From contig MGTZ01000028.1 in assembly GCA_001799715.1 (NCBI GenBank), positions 10,954 through 74,953 of the forward strand: a DNA stretch of 64,000 nucleotides, given 5' to 3'. The notes below the pieces were generated by a model that was not told the DNA's origin, did no database searches, and was given only the letters and a program-made list of their open reading frames with translations. Position numbers and translations under genes: made by a program. Positions 30,518 to 43,600 of the stretch are shown here, one piece after another. Positions within the stretch are counted from its first letter, which is position 1; each line of letters opens with the position of its first letter. Source of the DNA: Elusimicrobia bacterium GWB2_63_16 (lineage in GTDB: Bacteria; Elusimicrobiota; Elusimicrobia; Elusimicrobiales; UBA9959).

Positions 30518-31008
30518 TAGCCGCCGCCGTCTACTTTTTCGGCGGCCTGGCCGCCCTGGCCACGCTGCTGATGATCTTCCAGCGCGACCCCGTAAAGGCC
30601 GCGATGCTGATGCTGGCCGCGCTGCTCTCCACCGCCGGCCTCTACCTGGCCCTCAGCGCGCAGCTGCTGGCCGCCCTGCAGGTCATCCTTTACGCCGGCG
30701 CCATCATGACGCTGTTCATCGTGGCGCTCACCGTAATGCCGCAGGCCTGGCGCGACCACCAGCCGAAGAACGTATTCACCCGCGTGCTGGGCCTGGCCGC
30801 CGCCGCCGTGCTGCTGACCGAGCTGGTCAAAGTCTCCGCCGTGCTCAGGACGGCCGTGCGCAACGTGGATTTCTCCGAGTCGGGCGTGCTGGGCCTGGCG
30901 CGTGAGCTGTTCGGCCGCTTCGCCTTCCAGTTCGAACTGCTGTCGCTGGTGATCCTGACCTCTATTGTCGCCGCCGTCACGCTGGCGGCCAAGAGGAGGG
31001 AAGCATGA
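30514..31008 (+). CDS. nuoJ: NADH-quinone oxidoreductase subunit J
   Basis: Trimmed to MIAAAVYFFGG at 30514 (ATGA overlap). Hydrophobic ND6-like protein in the nuoI-nuoK position. Confidence 0.85.
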   Translation: MIAAAVYFFGGLAALATLLMIFQRDPVKAAMLMLAALLSTAGLYLALSAQLLAALQVILYAGAIMTLFIVALTVMPQAWRDHQPKNVFTRVLGLAAAAVLLTELVKVSAVLRTAVRNVDFSESGVLGLARELFGRFAFQFELLSLVILTSIVAAVTLAAKRREA

Positions 31009-31294
31009 GCGCTTATACCCTCGCCGGCATCAGTTTCCTGCTCTTCGCGCTCGCCGCGGCCGGCTTCCTGACCTGCGGCAGCCTGGTGCGCATGCTGATG
31101 TTCCTGGAGCTGATGCTCAACGCCGCCAACGTGGCGCTGGTGGCCCTCGGGCCGCAGCCCGCCTCGCAGGCCTACGCCGTCATGCTTTTCGCCATAGCCG
31201 CGGCCGAGGCCGGCGTAGGCCTGGCCCTGATCATAACGCTGGCTTCGACCTTCAGGACGCTGGAAGCCGCCAATATAAAGGAACTTAAAGGCTG

Positions 31295-31295
<1 letters not shown>
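31005..31295 (+). CDS. nuoK: NADH-quinone oxidoreductase subunit K
   Basis: 96 aa, 3 TM, LELMLNAAN motif. Confidence 0.9.
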
Positions 31296-33190
<1,895 letters not shown>

Positions 33191-34735
33191 ATGGAACTGC
33201 TCATCAACCCGCTTTCCCTCACCGTGCTGCTGCCCGCCATCGCGGGCCTGGGCATCTTCGCCATCCCGCGCGACAGCGCCGCCGCGCTGAAGGGCTACGC
33301 CCTGGCGGCCTCGCTGGCCGTCTTCGCGGTCTCGCTGCGGCTGTGGACCGGTTTCGACGCGGCCGCCGCGGTCATGCAGTTCGGCCTGGACAAGCCGTGG
33401 CTCCCTTCCTACGGCATCCATTACGCCCTGGGCATCGACGGCATCAGCCTGCTGATGATACTGCTGACCACCTTCCTGGTGCCGCTCTCAGTGCTGGCGT
33501 CCTTCAATTACATAAAGGAAAGCCAGCGCGCCTACTACGCCTGCCTGCTGTTCCTCGAAGCCGGCATGGTGGGCGTGTTCGCCGCGCTGGACCTCTTCGT
33601 GTTCTACCTGTTCTGGGAAGCCATGCTGATACCGATGTACTTCCTCATCGGCATCTGGGGCGGCCCGCGCCGCGTTTACGCGGCCCTCAAGTTCTTCATC
33701 TACACGATGGCCGGCTCGGTGCTGATGCTGGCCGCCATCCTGTGGGTGGTCGCCGCCCACCACGCCGCCGCCGGCGCCTGGACCTTCTCCATCCCGGCGC
33801 TCTACGCCGGAGCGCTCACCGAGCAGGCGCAGTTCTGGCTGTTCGCCGCCTTCGCGCTGGCCTTCGCGGTGAAGGTGCCCCTGTTCCCTTTCCATACCTG
33901 GCTGCCCGACGCGCACGTGGAAGCCCCGACGGCCGGCTCCGTCATCCTGGCCGGCGTGCTGCTGAAGATGGGCGTGTACGGCTACCTGCGGCTGGCGGTG
34001 CCCCTGTTCCCGCAGGCGGCCGTGACTTTCGCCCCGTGGCTGGCGGGCCTGGGCGTGGTGGGCATCATCTATGGCTCGCTCGTGGCCTGGAGCCAGCGCG
34101 ACATGAAGAAGATGGTGGCCTATTCTTCGGTGGCGCATCTCGGCACCGTGATGCTGGGCGCGATGGCCTTCGAGCCCGCGGCCGTCTCCGGCGCGGTGCT
34201 GCAGATGGTCAACCACGGCCTCTCCACCGGCGCGCTGTTCCTTTTGGTCGGCGTGCTCTACGAGCGCCGCCATACGAGGCTGATAGAGGACTACGGCGGC
34301 CTGGCCAAGGTGATGCCCGGCTTCGCCGCGGTGTTCATGATAGTGACCCTTTCTTCCGTCGGCCTGCCCGGCCTCAACGGCTTCATCGGCGAGGCGCTGG
34401 TGCTGTTCGGTTCCTTCCGGGTCTACCCCTGGCTGGCCTCGGCGGCCGTGGCCGGCGTGATCCTATCGGCGGTCTACATGCTGGGCATGTACCAGCAGGT
34501 GGTCTTCGGCCCGCTGCGCCATACCGAGAACAAGATCTTGAAGGACCTGGACCTGCGCGAGTGGCTGTACCTGGCCCCGCTGCTGGTCTTCATCGTCCTC
34601 ATCGGCGTGTGGCCCAACCCCTTCCTGCGGCGCGTCCTGCCCGCCGTGGATAATTACATAACCCTGTCGCGCCAGCAGCCGGCCCCGCCGCCGGCGCTGG
34701 TCAAGCTGGCGCTGGACGGGGAGGAGGCGAGATGA
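33191..34735 (+). CDS. nuoM: NADH-quinone oxidoreductase subunit M
   Basis: 514 aa with FWEAMLIPMYFLIGIWG. Confidence 0.95.
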   Translation: MELLINPLSLTVLLPAIAGLGIFAIPRDSAAALKGYALAASLAVFAVSLRLWTGFDAAAAVMQFGLDKPWLPSYGIHYALGIDGISLLMILLTTFLVPLSVLASFNYIKESQRAYYACLLFLEAGMVGVFAALDLFVFYLFWEAMLIPMYFLIGIWGGPRRVYAALKFFIYTMAGSVLMLAAILWVVAAHHAAAGAWTFSIPALYAGALTEQAQFWLFAAFALAFAVKVPLFPFHTWLPDAHVEAPTAGSVILAGVLLKMGVYGYLRLAVPLFPQAAVTFAPWLAGLGVVGIIYGSLVAWSQRDMKKMVAYSSVAHLGTVMLGAMAFEPAAVSGAVLQMVNHGLSTGALFLLVGVLYERRHTRLIEDYGGLAKVMPGFAAVFMIVTLSSVGLPGLNGFIGEALVLFGSFRVYPWLASAAVAGVILSAVYMLGMYQQVVFGPLRHTENKILKDLDLREWLYLAPLLVFIVLIGVWPNPFLRRVLPAVDNYITLSRQQPAPPPALVKLALDGEEAR

Positions 34736-36150
34736 CTTTCGACCCCGTACCCTACGCCGCCTCCGCCCTGGCCGGCCCGCTGCTGCTGACCCTGGCCGCT
34801 TTCGCGGTGCTGCTGCTGCCGCTGTTCTTCAAAACCCTGCGCGGCACGCAGGGCCTGGTCTCGCTGGGCGCGGTGCTGGTGACGCTGGTCTTCTTCAGGG
34901 CCGCCCCGCCGGCGCAGCTGGCCTTCTTCAGCGGGGCGCTGAACCTCTCGCCCCTGTCGGCCTACCTGTGGGCCTTCGCCATGGGCGTGCTGGCCCTGTT
35001 CATAGCGCTGTCGCTGGCCCGCCCCGCCGCGCCGGCCGAGCACGAGGGGGAATACTATTTCCTCGCCTCTATGGCCACCATAGGCCTCATGGTCATGATG
35101 GCCGCCGGCGACCTGTTCACCGCCTTCATCGCGCTCGAACTGCTGAGCCTGCCGGTGTACGCGCTGGCCGGCATACGCCGCTCCAAGCCCGGCCTGGAGG
35201 CCGCCTACAAGTATTTCATGCTGGGCGCCTTCGGCTCGGGCATGACGGTGCTGGGCATAGCCGTGCTCAACGCCCTGTACCCGTCGCTGGACTTCGTCTC
35301 GCTCAAGGCCGCCCTGCCGGCGCAGCCGCTGGCGCTGGCCGGCTTCCTGCTGGTCATCTCCGGCTTCGCCTTCAAGACGGCCCTGGTGCCTTTCCACATG
35401 TGGGTGCCGGACGCCTACGAGGGCGCCCCCACGCAGGTCTCGGCCTTCATGGGCGCCGCGGTCAAGGCCGGCGGCGTGGTGCTGCTGTGGCGGCTGTTCT
35501 CACTTTTCGACGGCGGCCCGGTGCGGGAGATCTTCTGGTGGCTGACGGTAGTCACCGCCGTGTTCGCCAACCTGGCCGCGCTGGCCCAGAACGGCCTAAA
35601 GCGCCTGCTGGCCTATTCCAGCATAGCCCACGCCGGCTATATCGCGGTGGCTTTCTTCGGCGGTACCCGCGGCTGGGAAGCCGTGCTTTATTACCTGCCC
35701 GTCTACGCCATGGCTACCATAGGCGCCTTCGGAGTTACGCTTATCCTGGAGCGCGACGAGAAGGGCCCGAAGATAGACGACCTGGCCGGCCTGGGGCGCA
35801 CCCGCCCGTGGCTGGCCGCGGCCATGGCCGCCTTCATGTTCTCGCTGGCCGGCGTGCCGCCCCTGGCGGGCTTCTTCGCCAAGTTCTACGCTTTCGCCGG
35901 CGCGGTGGCCTCCGGCTATACCAGCCTCGTAGTCATCGCGGTGCTGATGAGCGCCGTCTCCATCTACTACTATCTGCGCGTCACCGTGGTGATGTATATG
36001 AAAGTCCCCGCCAACGGAGAGGACCACCCGGCCGGGGCTCCCGGCCTGGCCGAAGCGGTAGTCTTTCTCATGGCCGCCGGCGTGCTGCTGGCCGGCCTCT
36101 TCTCGCGGCCCCTGCTGGCCCTGGCCGCCGAAGCTGCCCGCTGGTTCTAG
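34732..36150 (+). CDS. nuoN: NADH-quinone oxidoreductase subunit N
   Basis: 472 aa antiporter-like subunit with LELLSLPVYAL. Last gene of the cluster. Confidence 0.9.
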   Translation: MTFDPVPYAASALAGPLLLTLAAFAVLLLPLFFKTLRGTQGLVSLGAVLVTLVFFRAAPPAQLAFFSGALNLSPLSAYLWAFAMGVLALFIALSLARPAAPAEHEGEYYFLASMATIGLMVMMAAGDLFTAFIALELLSLPVYALAGIRRSKPGLEAAYKYFMLGAFGSGMTVLGIAVLNALYPSLDFVSLKAALPAQPLALAGFLLVISGFAFKTALVPFHMWVPDAYEGAPTQVSAFMGAAVKAGGVVLLWRLFSLFDGGPVREIFWWLTVVTAVFANLAALAQNGLKRLLAYSSIAHAGYIAVAFFGGTRGWEAVLYYLPVYAMATIGAFGVTLILERDEKGPKIDDLAGLGRTRPWLAAAMAAFMFSLAGVPPLAGFFAKFYAFAGAVASGYTSLVVIAVLMSAVSIYYYLRVTVVMYMKVPANGEDHPAGAPGLAEAVVFLMAAGVLLAGLFSRPLLALAAEAARWF

Positions 36151-36168
36151 ACCCCGCCGACAAGTAAG

Positions 36169-36197
36169 ACGCCGGGCAGCCCCGGCGTTTTTCTTTT
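36169..36197 (+). terminator. Intrinsic terminator after nuoN
   Basis: Hairpin acgccggg-cagc-cccggcgt followed by ttttctttt. Confidence 0.7.
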
Positions 36198-36258
36198 GCC
36201 CGCGCGCTGCCGCTCCCTTATGATTAATGTGATTTTTGTTACATTTAACATTTGCCTG

Positions 36259-36288
36259 TTGACAATAGTCAGCCAATTTACATAAAGT
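36259..36288 (+). promoter_or_regulatory. Sigma70-like promoter in an AT-rich gap
   Basis: TTGACA (36259-36264), 17-18 nt spacer, ATAAAGT (36282-36288). Locally much lower GC than the flanks. Confidence 0.45.
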
Positions 36289-36399
36289 TATTACAAGCCG
36301 GTACCCTGGGGGGGCGCCGGCGGAATATACAAAGGGACTACTAACGCGCTGCCGGTACCGCCTTGCGGTGCCGGCCGAGGCGCCAACGGGGGAGGCAGG

Positions 36400-36564
36400 A
36401 TGAGATACGTCGCAAAAGCCGCGGCGGCGCCCAAACGGCGCCGCTCCAGGAAGCAGACCGGCAGGGCGGATAACCCGGCCGAATTCCTGCGGCGCACCTT
36501 CTATTACATCAAAGGCGAGCAGCTGCTCAAACTATCCAGCCGTCTTCTTTACGAAGCCGCTTAG
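36400..36564 (+). CDS. Small hypothetical protein (54 aa, basic N-terminus)
   Basis: Below the track length cut-off. GGAGG 5 nt upstream of ATG. 39 of 54 codons end in G/C by hand count. MRYVAKAAAAPKRRRSRKQTGR... Confidence 0.35.
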   Translation: MRYVAKAAAAPKRRRSRKQTGRADNPAEFLRRTFYYIKGEQLLKLSSRLLYEAA

Positions 36565-36592
36565 AGACCCGCCGGGGGGCGGAGGGGGAGAT

Positions 36593-36841
36593 ATGCTCAG
36601 GGAAAATACCGTTTTCGCTCAGAAAATACTGGATTTCTACTCCATGAAGGGAGTCGACTGCTCGGTAGTGGACGAGCACCAGACGCTGCTGGTCTCGCTG
36701 GCGGCCGAAGGCCGGACGCGCGAGTTCCGCTACGGCAAGAGGGCCTTCGCAGGGCTGCACCATTCCAGGAAGTTCTACGCCACGCTGGAGAGGGAATTCT
36801 GCAATCTCTGGACGGCGCCGGAACCGGCCGCCCGCAATTAG
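36593..36841 (+). CDS. Small hypothetical protein (82 aa)
   Basis: GGAGGGGGAG upstream of ATG. 66 of 82 codons end in G/C by hand count. No family recognised. Confidence 0.45.
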   Translation: MLRENTVFAQKILDFYSMKGVDCSVVDEHQTLLVSLAAEGRTREFRYGKRAFAGLHHSRKFYATLEREFCNLWTAPEPAARN

Positions 36842-36850
36842 GGGGGCGCC

Positions 36851-37000
36851 ATGAACGATAAATATCTGCGCCTGGCCAACGCCATACTCAGGCTGATACA
36901 GCGCGGCAAACAGGCCGGGCCTGACGCGGACGGAAAATCGCCGAAACGGCATTTCCGCGTCCTGTATCACCGCCTGGCGGCGGCCAGACCGGGGAAGTAG
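36851..37000 (+). CDS. Small hypothetical protein (49 aa)
   Basis: Below the track cut-off. AGGGGGG upstream. Starts 10 nt after the previous stop. MNDKYLRLANAILRLIQRGK... Confidence 0.3.
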   Translation: MNDKYLRLANAILRLIQRGKQAGPDADGKSPKRHFRVLYHRLAAARPGK

Positions 37001-37053
37001 GACGTAAACAGCGGACCGCCGGAGATTACCGGCGGTTCATCGTTCACGGCGTT

Positions 37054-37656
37054 TCAAATAAAACCGTTCTCTTTAAGGAAGTCCCTGGTGATGCCGGGGG
37101 TTTTGGCCGTTGCGTACTTGCCCAGTATGTCGTACTCGATATTAAGCAGCCCGCCGGGCTTCAGGTCTTTCAGGACGCTATTGGCCCAGGTGTGCGGAAT
37201 GACGGCGGCCTTGAACGAGGACGGGGAAATGTCGTAAACCGTAAGGCTGACGCCGTCGAGGGCCACCGAGCCCTTCTCCACTATCACCGCGTCCGGCCCT
37301 TTCTCCACCTCTATGATACGGCTGTTGCCGTCGCTCCGCACGCCGAGCAGCCGCGCCGTGCCGTCTATGTGCCCCGTCACGAAATGGCCGCCCAGCCGCG
37401 CGCCCACCGCCAGGGCCCGCTCCAGGTTGACCGCGCAGCCAGGCTTCAGCCGGCCCAGGGTGGTGCGGGAGAAACTCTCGGGGCTGACCGCGAAGGCCGC
37501 CAGGCCCGGCCTGTGGGCCGTGACCGTAAGGCAGGCCCCGTTCACGGCCACGCTCTCCCCGTCGGCCAGCGACCAGGCCGCCGGCACGGAGACTTCCAGT
37601 TTCCCGGAGGAAACCGATTTTACCTTTTCCACCGCTTCTATGATCCCGGTGAACAT
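37054..37656 (-). CDS. ribE: Riboflavin synthase
   Basis: MFTGIIE N-terminus and duplicated GESVAVNGACLTV / GSVALDGVSLTV barrels. Confidence 0.9.
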   Translation of the reverse strand: MFTGIIEAVEKVKSVSSGKLEVSVPAAWSLADGESVAVNGACLTVTAHRPGLAAFAVSPESFSRTTLGRLKPGCAVNLERALAVGARLGGHFVTGHIDGTARLLGVRSDGNSRIIEVEKGPDAVIVEKGSVALDGVSLTVYDISPSSFKAAVIPHTWANSVLKDLKPGGLLNIEYDILGKYATAKTPGITRDFLKENGFI

Positions 37657-38747
37657 CAGTCGAACCTCAGGTCCAGCATCAGGTCGGGACCGGCTGCAGT
37701 AATGGAAGCCAGCCGCGGCCTGAGGCCCAGCTCCGGCCTGGCCGCGTTGAGATCGTCGGGCCAGACCATGGAATTTTTTGAATCCGTGCCGCCTATCAGC
37801 ATAGGGGCAACGAAACAGATAAAGCGGTCGGCCAGGCCCTCGCTGATAAAGGAGCCGGCCACCCGGCCGCCGCCTTCCACCAGCACGTGGGCTATGCCGA
37901 GTTTGCCCAGCTCGCCCAGCAGCGCCCGAAGCGAGACGCGGCCCTTCTCCGACGGCAGCACCAGTATCCTGGCGTTGTGGGGGAATTTCTTCATGGCCGT
38001 GACCGAGGCCTTGCGCGTGGTGGCTATCAGCACCCGCTCGTTCTTAAGTATCTGCGCCTTGCGCGGCACGCGGAAGGACGAATCCAGCGCCACTATCCAC
38101 GGCTGCTGGCGCACCTTCACGCCGCGCACGTTGAGCAGAGGGTCGTCGGCCAGCACCGTGCCGATGCCGGCGAGCACGGCGTCGGCCTCGGCGCGCAGTT
38201 TGTGCGCCTCCAGCCGGGACTGCGGCGAGGAGATCCAGCGCGAGCGGCCGGCCGCGTCGGCTATGCGGCCGTCGAGGCTCTGCGCTATCTTTACCGTCAC
38301 GTAGGGCAGGCCGGTACGCATGAACTTGTTGAAGGCGGGGTTAAGCGCCTCGCATTCCCGCCCCAGCACGCCGGCCCTGACCTTGATGCCCGCGCGGCGC
38401 AGTATGCCCGCGCCCCGGCCGCTATGGGCCGGGTTCACGTCTTTGGCCCCGTAATAAACTTCCTTAATTCCGGACTTTATCAGCAGGTCGGTGCAGGGCG
38501 GCGTCTTGCCGCGGGTGGAGCAGGGCTCGAGGGTTACATAGATGGCCGCGCCCGCGGGACTGACCTTGCACGAGCGCAGGGCATTCACCTCGGCGTGCGG
38601 CCCGCCGTAGGCCAGGTGGGCCCCTTCGCCGATGATCCTGCCGCCCTTTACCAGCACGGCGCCGACCATGGGGTTGGGATGGGTGGTATAGCGCCCGCGC
38701 CGGGCCAGTTCCAGGGCGCGGGCCATGTAGCCCTCGTGCCGGTCCAT
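37656..38747 (-). CDS. ribD: Bifunctional diaminohydroxyphosphoribosylaminopyrimidine deaminase / 5-amino-6-(5-phosphoribosylamino)uracil reductase
   Basis: NPMVGAVLV, HAEVNAL, and TLEPCSTRGKTPPC deaminase zinc motifs, plus a C-terminal reductase domain. Confidence 0.9.
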   Translation of the reverse strand: MDRHEGYMARALELARRGRYTTHPNPMVGAVLVKGGRIIGEGAHLAYGGPHAEVNALRSCKVSPAGAAIYVTLEPCSTRGKTPPCTDLLIKSGIKEVYYGAKDVNPAHSGRGAGILRRAGIKVRAGVLGRECEALNPAFNKFMRTGLPYVTVKIAQSLDGRIADAAGRSRWISSPQSRLEAHKLRAEADAVLAGIGTVLADDPLLNVRGVKVRQQPWIVALDSSFRVPRKAQILKNERVLIATTRKASVTAMKKFPHNARILVLPSEKGRVSLRALLGELGKLGIAHVLVEGGGRVAGSFISEGLADRFICFVAPMLIGGTDSKNSMVWPDDLNAARPELGLRPRLASITAAGPDLMLDLRFD

Positions 38748-39205
38748 TACAGGTGCTTGAAGAGGTTGGCCATCTCTATGGCGCTCACCGCGGCCTCGGC
38801 GCCCTTGTTGCCGAGCTTCACGCCGGCACGCTCTATGGCCTGCTCCAGGTTGTCGGCGGTAATGACGCCGAAGGCCACCGGCACCTTGTGCTTCATCGAG
38901 ACGGCCGCTATGCCCTTGGCGGTCTCCTGGGCGACGAAGTCGAAGTGGGGAGTGTCGCCCTTGATGACCGCGCCCAGGCAGATGATGGCGTCGTAGGGGC
39001 CGGAGGCCAGTTTTTCGCAGACCACCGGGATCTCGTAGGCGCCGGGGGTCTTAACCACGGTGATATCCTTCTCGTCGGCGCCGTGGCGCTTCAGGGAATC
39101 CACCGCCCCGTCGAGCAGGCGCCCGGTGATGAAATCGTTGAACCGGGAGACTATGATCGCGAACTTCAGCTTGTCGGCCTTAAAGCCGCCTTCTATGGTT
39201 TTCAT
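38747..39205 (-). CDS. ribH: 6,7-dimethyl-8-ribityllumazine synthase
   Basis: 152 aa. [20 protein letters not shown], and GDTPHFDFV motifs. Confidence 0.95.
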   Translation of the reverse strand: MKTIEGGFKADKLKFAIIVSRFNDFITGRLLDGAVDSLKRHGADEKDITVVKTPGAYEIPVVCEKLASGPYDAIICLGAVIKGDTPHFDFVAQETAKGIAAVSMKHKVPVAFGVITADNLEQAIERAGVKLGNKGAEAAVSAIEMANLFKHL

Positions 39206-39215
39206 TTTATTCTCC

Positions 39216-40439
<1,224 letters not shown>

Positions 40440-40620
40440 AGAAAAAGCCCCGAAGCTGTCTTCAGGGCTTTAACCGCGCGGCAAGGCGTAGCCGTCCGCG
40501 CGGGGTCGTTCTTCTATCATCCGGACTTTACCGTCGGCCCCGGAGTTACACCGGATCTGCTCGTAAGAGCTTGCGGGCTTTACCGCCGGTGGGGAAATGC
40601 TCCCCGCCCTGAAGAACTAC
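40440..40620 (-). promoter_or_regulatory. FMN riboswitch (RFN element) with terminator/SD-sequestering hairpin
   Basis: Minus strand reads GTTCTTCAGGGCGGGGAGCATTTCCCCACCGGCGGTAAAGCCCGCAAGC...GATCCGGTGTAACTCCGGGGCCGACGGTAAAGTCCGGATGATAGAAGAAC, with P1 at 40611-40617 / 40508-40514. Then a 9-bp hairpin (40447-40468) plus U5, ending 2 nt before the ribBA AUG. Confidence 0.85.
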
Positions 40621-40626
40621 AGGGAT

Positions 40627-40632
40627 ATTATA
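40627..40632 (-). promoter_or_regulatory. TATAAT -10 box for the rib leader
   Basis: Reverse complement of attata at 40627-40632. Sits 4 nt after the stop of the upstream fibre gene and about 7-10 nt before the riboswitch P1. Confidence 0.4.
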
Positions 40633-40636
40633 GCAC

Positions 40637-43600
40637 TTACTCCACGGTCGAACATATAGCGTACGCGGTTATATCCACGTTTGAGGCGAATTCGCAGGTC
40701 CAGACGGTATCGCTGGACGGGTAGGACTTCAGCAGGTTCACGGTCCCGGTCTGCGTGCAGCCGCCGCCCATCAGCACTTTGCCCGCCGTACAGCCGGCGG
40801 CGCAGATCGTATTAGCGGGACAGGGGGCGCTCACGCGCTCGCGCGAGGCGGCGAAACCGGTGGCCTTCACCTTGCCGGCCACGTCCAGCCGCTCGGCCGG
40901 GGAGGCGACGCCTATGCCCACGGTGCCGTTGGCCCTGACCACCAGGGTCGAACCTACTACCTCCAGCACGCTCTGCGTACCGGCGAGGCCGCCGCCGAGG
41001 ACGGAGGCCGAGGCGGAGAACAGCGAGTAGCCGTCCACGTGCAGCCTGGCCTGCGGCGCGCCGGTGTTGACGCCCAAGGACCTGGACGCCGTAGAGACGT
41101 ACAGCGCGGGGGTGGAGCCCGCGCCCGAGACGCTGACGGTCAGGTCGGTGGCCACGTGCAGGCGCGAGGCCGGGAGGAAATTCTTGTCGACCTCGCCGAC
41201 GATGAACGGTCCGGTATCCTTGATCCTGAAGGCCTGCACGCCGTTGCCCAGCGTGGTGGCGCCGCCGCGGTAGACGAGGTCGCGCTCCGAAGAGACCATC
41301 CCCAGCACGCCCTTCTGCGGGGTGGCGCCCTCGTTCCAGACTATATACGAGTTGCCGCCCAGGTTGGGGTACAGAGACAGGACCACTTCTTCGCCCGCCT
41401 TCTGGTCCAGGCGCAGCTGGCCCTTAAGATGGAGGTCCGACTGCGGGTTGAACAGGCCGCCAACGGCCAGCTTATTCTGCACGTAGACGCTGGTGCTGAA
41501 CAGCACGGCGTCGTAGAGGCCGCCGGTGCGGGCGGTGATGGTGGAGATCTGTATCAGGCCGGGCAGAGAATCCGTCACCAGGTTCGTCAGGCCCGAACCG
41601 TCGCCGAAGAAGCCGCCCTGCGCCGTTACGGAGGAGACGGCGTTGATGCCGCCGTTGACGGTGAGCAGGTGGGTCTGCGCCGTAGTGCCGATGGAGACCT
41701 TGCCGGCCGTTGTGCTGACGTAAAGTAAGGGCATGGCGTTGGCCGTGGCGCTGCTCACGAGCAGGTTCGCCATCACGTGGAATTTCTCGCGCGGCTGGTC
41801 CGCCGGGCTCGGCGAGCTGCCTATGCCGAACAGCCAGTTGCCGTACTGGTCGGCCTTTACGCGGAAGACTTCCTGGCCGCCGTTCCACGGGTCGCTGCCG
41901 ACCGCCCTGTAGATAAGGTCGCGCTCGAGGCCGCCGGGATAGCCCAGCACGCCAAGGTTCACGCCGCCGGAAGCCACCAGAGAGGAGTTGGTCCAATGTA
42001 TGTAGCTGTAATCGTTATAAGACTTGATGCTCAGTTTGGCCGCGCCGGTGACGGTGTTGGCGTAGGAGACCATGGCCTCGCCGGCCACGTCCAGCGGGGC
42101 GGCGGGGGCAGGCACCAGGACGCCCACCCTGCCGGCCGTGGTGACCGCCAGCGTATACGCGTTGGAGGTGGCCGAGCTGGACACCGTGAGGGCGTATTTA
42201 TGAGCGCCGAAGGAGGCCAGCGTGGCGCTGGCGGGTGAGACTATAAAGTTGCCGGTCATCGTATCCCCGGCCTTGAGCAGCTTGGTGGAGTCGGTGCCGG
42301 TCACGCTGGTGAGCAGCGAGCCGTTGCCGACGAAATACGGCGCGTTGACCACGCCGGCGCGCACCAGCACGCCGCTGGCCGTATCCAGGCTGTAAGTGGT
42401 CCCGGGGTCCCAGCCCCATATGGTGCCGGTGGTGGCCGTCACGTTGTAGAAGTTGCCGATGCCGGAGGGGGCGTGCACGGAGGCCGCGTGCATGGAGCCC
42501 TGGGCCGTAATGCTGGAGGTGGCGATGATGCCGCCGCCCACGGTCAGGCGGGCCAGGTAGGAGGCGCTGCCGATAGCGGTATTGCCGCCGAGCACCGAGA
42601 GGCTGGAGCCGCCCACGGAGAAGGCGCTGCCGGTCACGGTCAGCGTGGAGCCGGCGAGGGTCAACTGGCCGGTCATCGTGTCGCCGGCCTTGAGCACCTT
42701 GCTGGTGTCGGAGGAGATAAGGTTGATCAGGCCCGACCCGTCGCCGTAGAAAGTGGCCCCGGGCATCAGGTAAACGTGGGAGCTTATGAATATACCTCCG
42801 CGCTGCGCGGCGGCGGCCGAAGAGAGTTCTATCCCGCCGGCGAATTTGATCTTGGGGGACAGCAGGCCCTCGGCCGAAGCCACGGTCAGGGTGGAGCCGG
42901 AGAGGGTCAGTTGGCCCGTCATCGTGTCGCCCGCCTTGCGCAGCACGCCGGTGAGCGTGGTGCCGTCGCCGTAAAAAGAGCCCCCGTGCACCTGGCCCAG
43001 GCCGTTAACGAGGAACAGCTGGGAGGTGCCGGTGGAGACCAGCAGCAGGTCGCCGGTGTCGCCGGCGGCGGAGGAAATGTGCAGCCTGGCCTGCGGGTTG
43101 GTATTGTTCTGGCCGATGGACACGTTGCCGGGATTGATGGAGTAGACATGGGGGCCGGCCACTTCCCACATGGTCAGGGCGGCGGCCCTGGTCTGCACGG
43201 ACCCGTCGGGGAACTTGAAGCCGCAGGAGAGATCGTCGGCGCAGGCCGGCAGGGAGCCTTTGCTCTCCACCATGCCGGCCACGGCCAGGGTCTGGCCGGG
43301 GGAAATGGAGCCTACCGAGATGCCGCCCAGCACGAACAGGTTGGTGGAGATGGTGATCGCCCCGTTGGCGGTGGTGGGGTGCGCGCCGATGGTGTCGGCC
43401 AGGAACATGGAGGTGGCCACGGAAGAGGTGGTGGCGTAGACGGAGCTGAAAGAATACGGGGAAGCCTGCAGCTTGACGCGGGGGGACATGGCCTCGAAAG
43501 CGCCGGCGCAATCGTTGTCGCCGTCCACCTGGATCTCCAGCCACAGGCCGTCGCGCTCGGCGAAGATACTGGCGGGGATGCCGCCGGCTACCGCGGAACC

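Noticed and set aside
36527-36970. 147-aa minus-strand ORF across the small-ORF region.
   Set aside because: It lies antisense to three SD-preceded ORFs with good third-position GC bias. It has no SD or promoter, and its sequence looks like a shadow frame.
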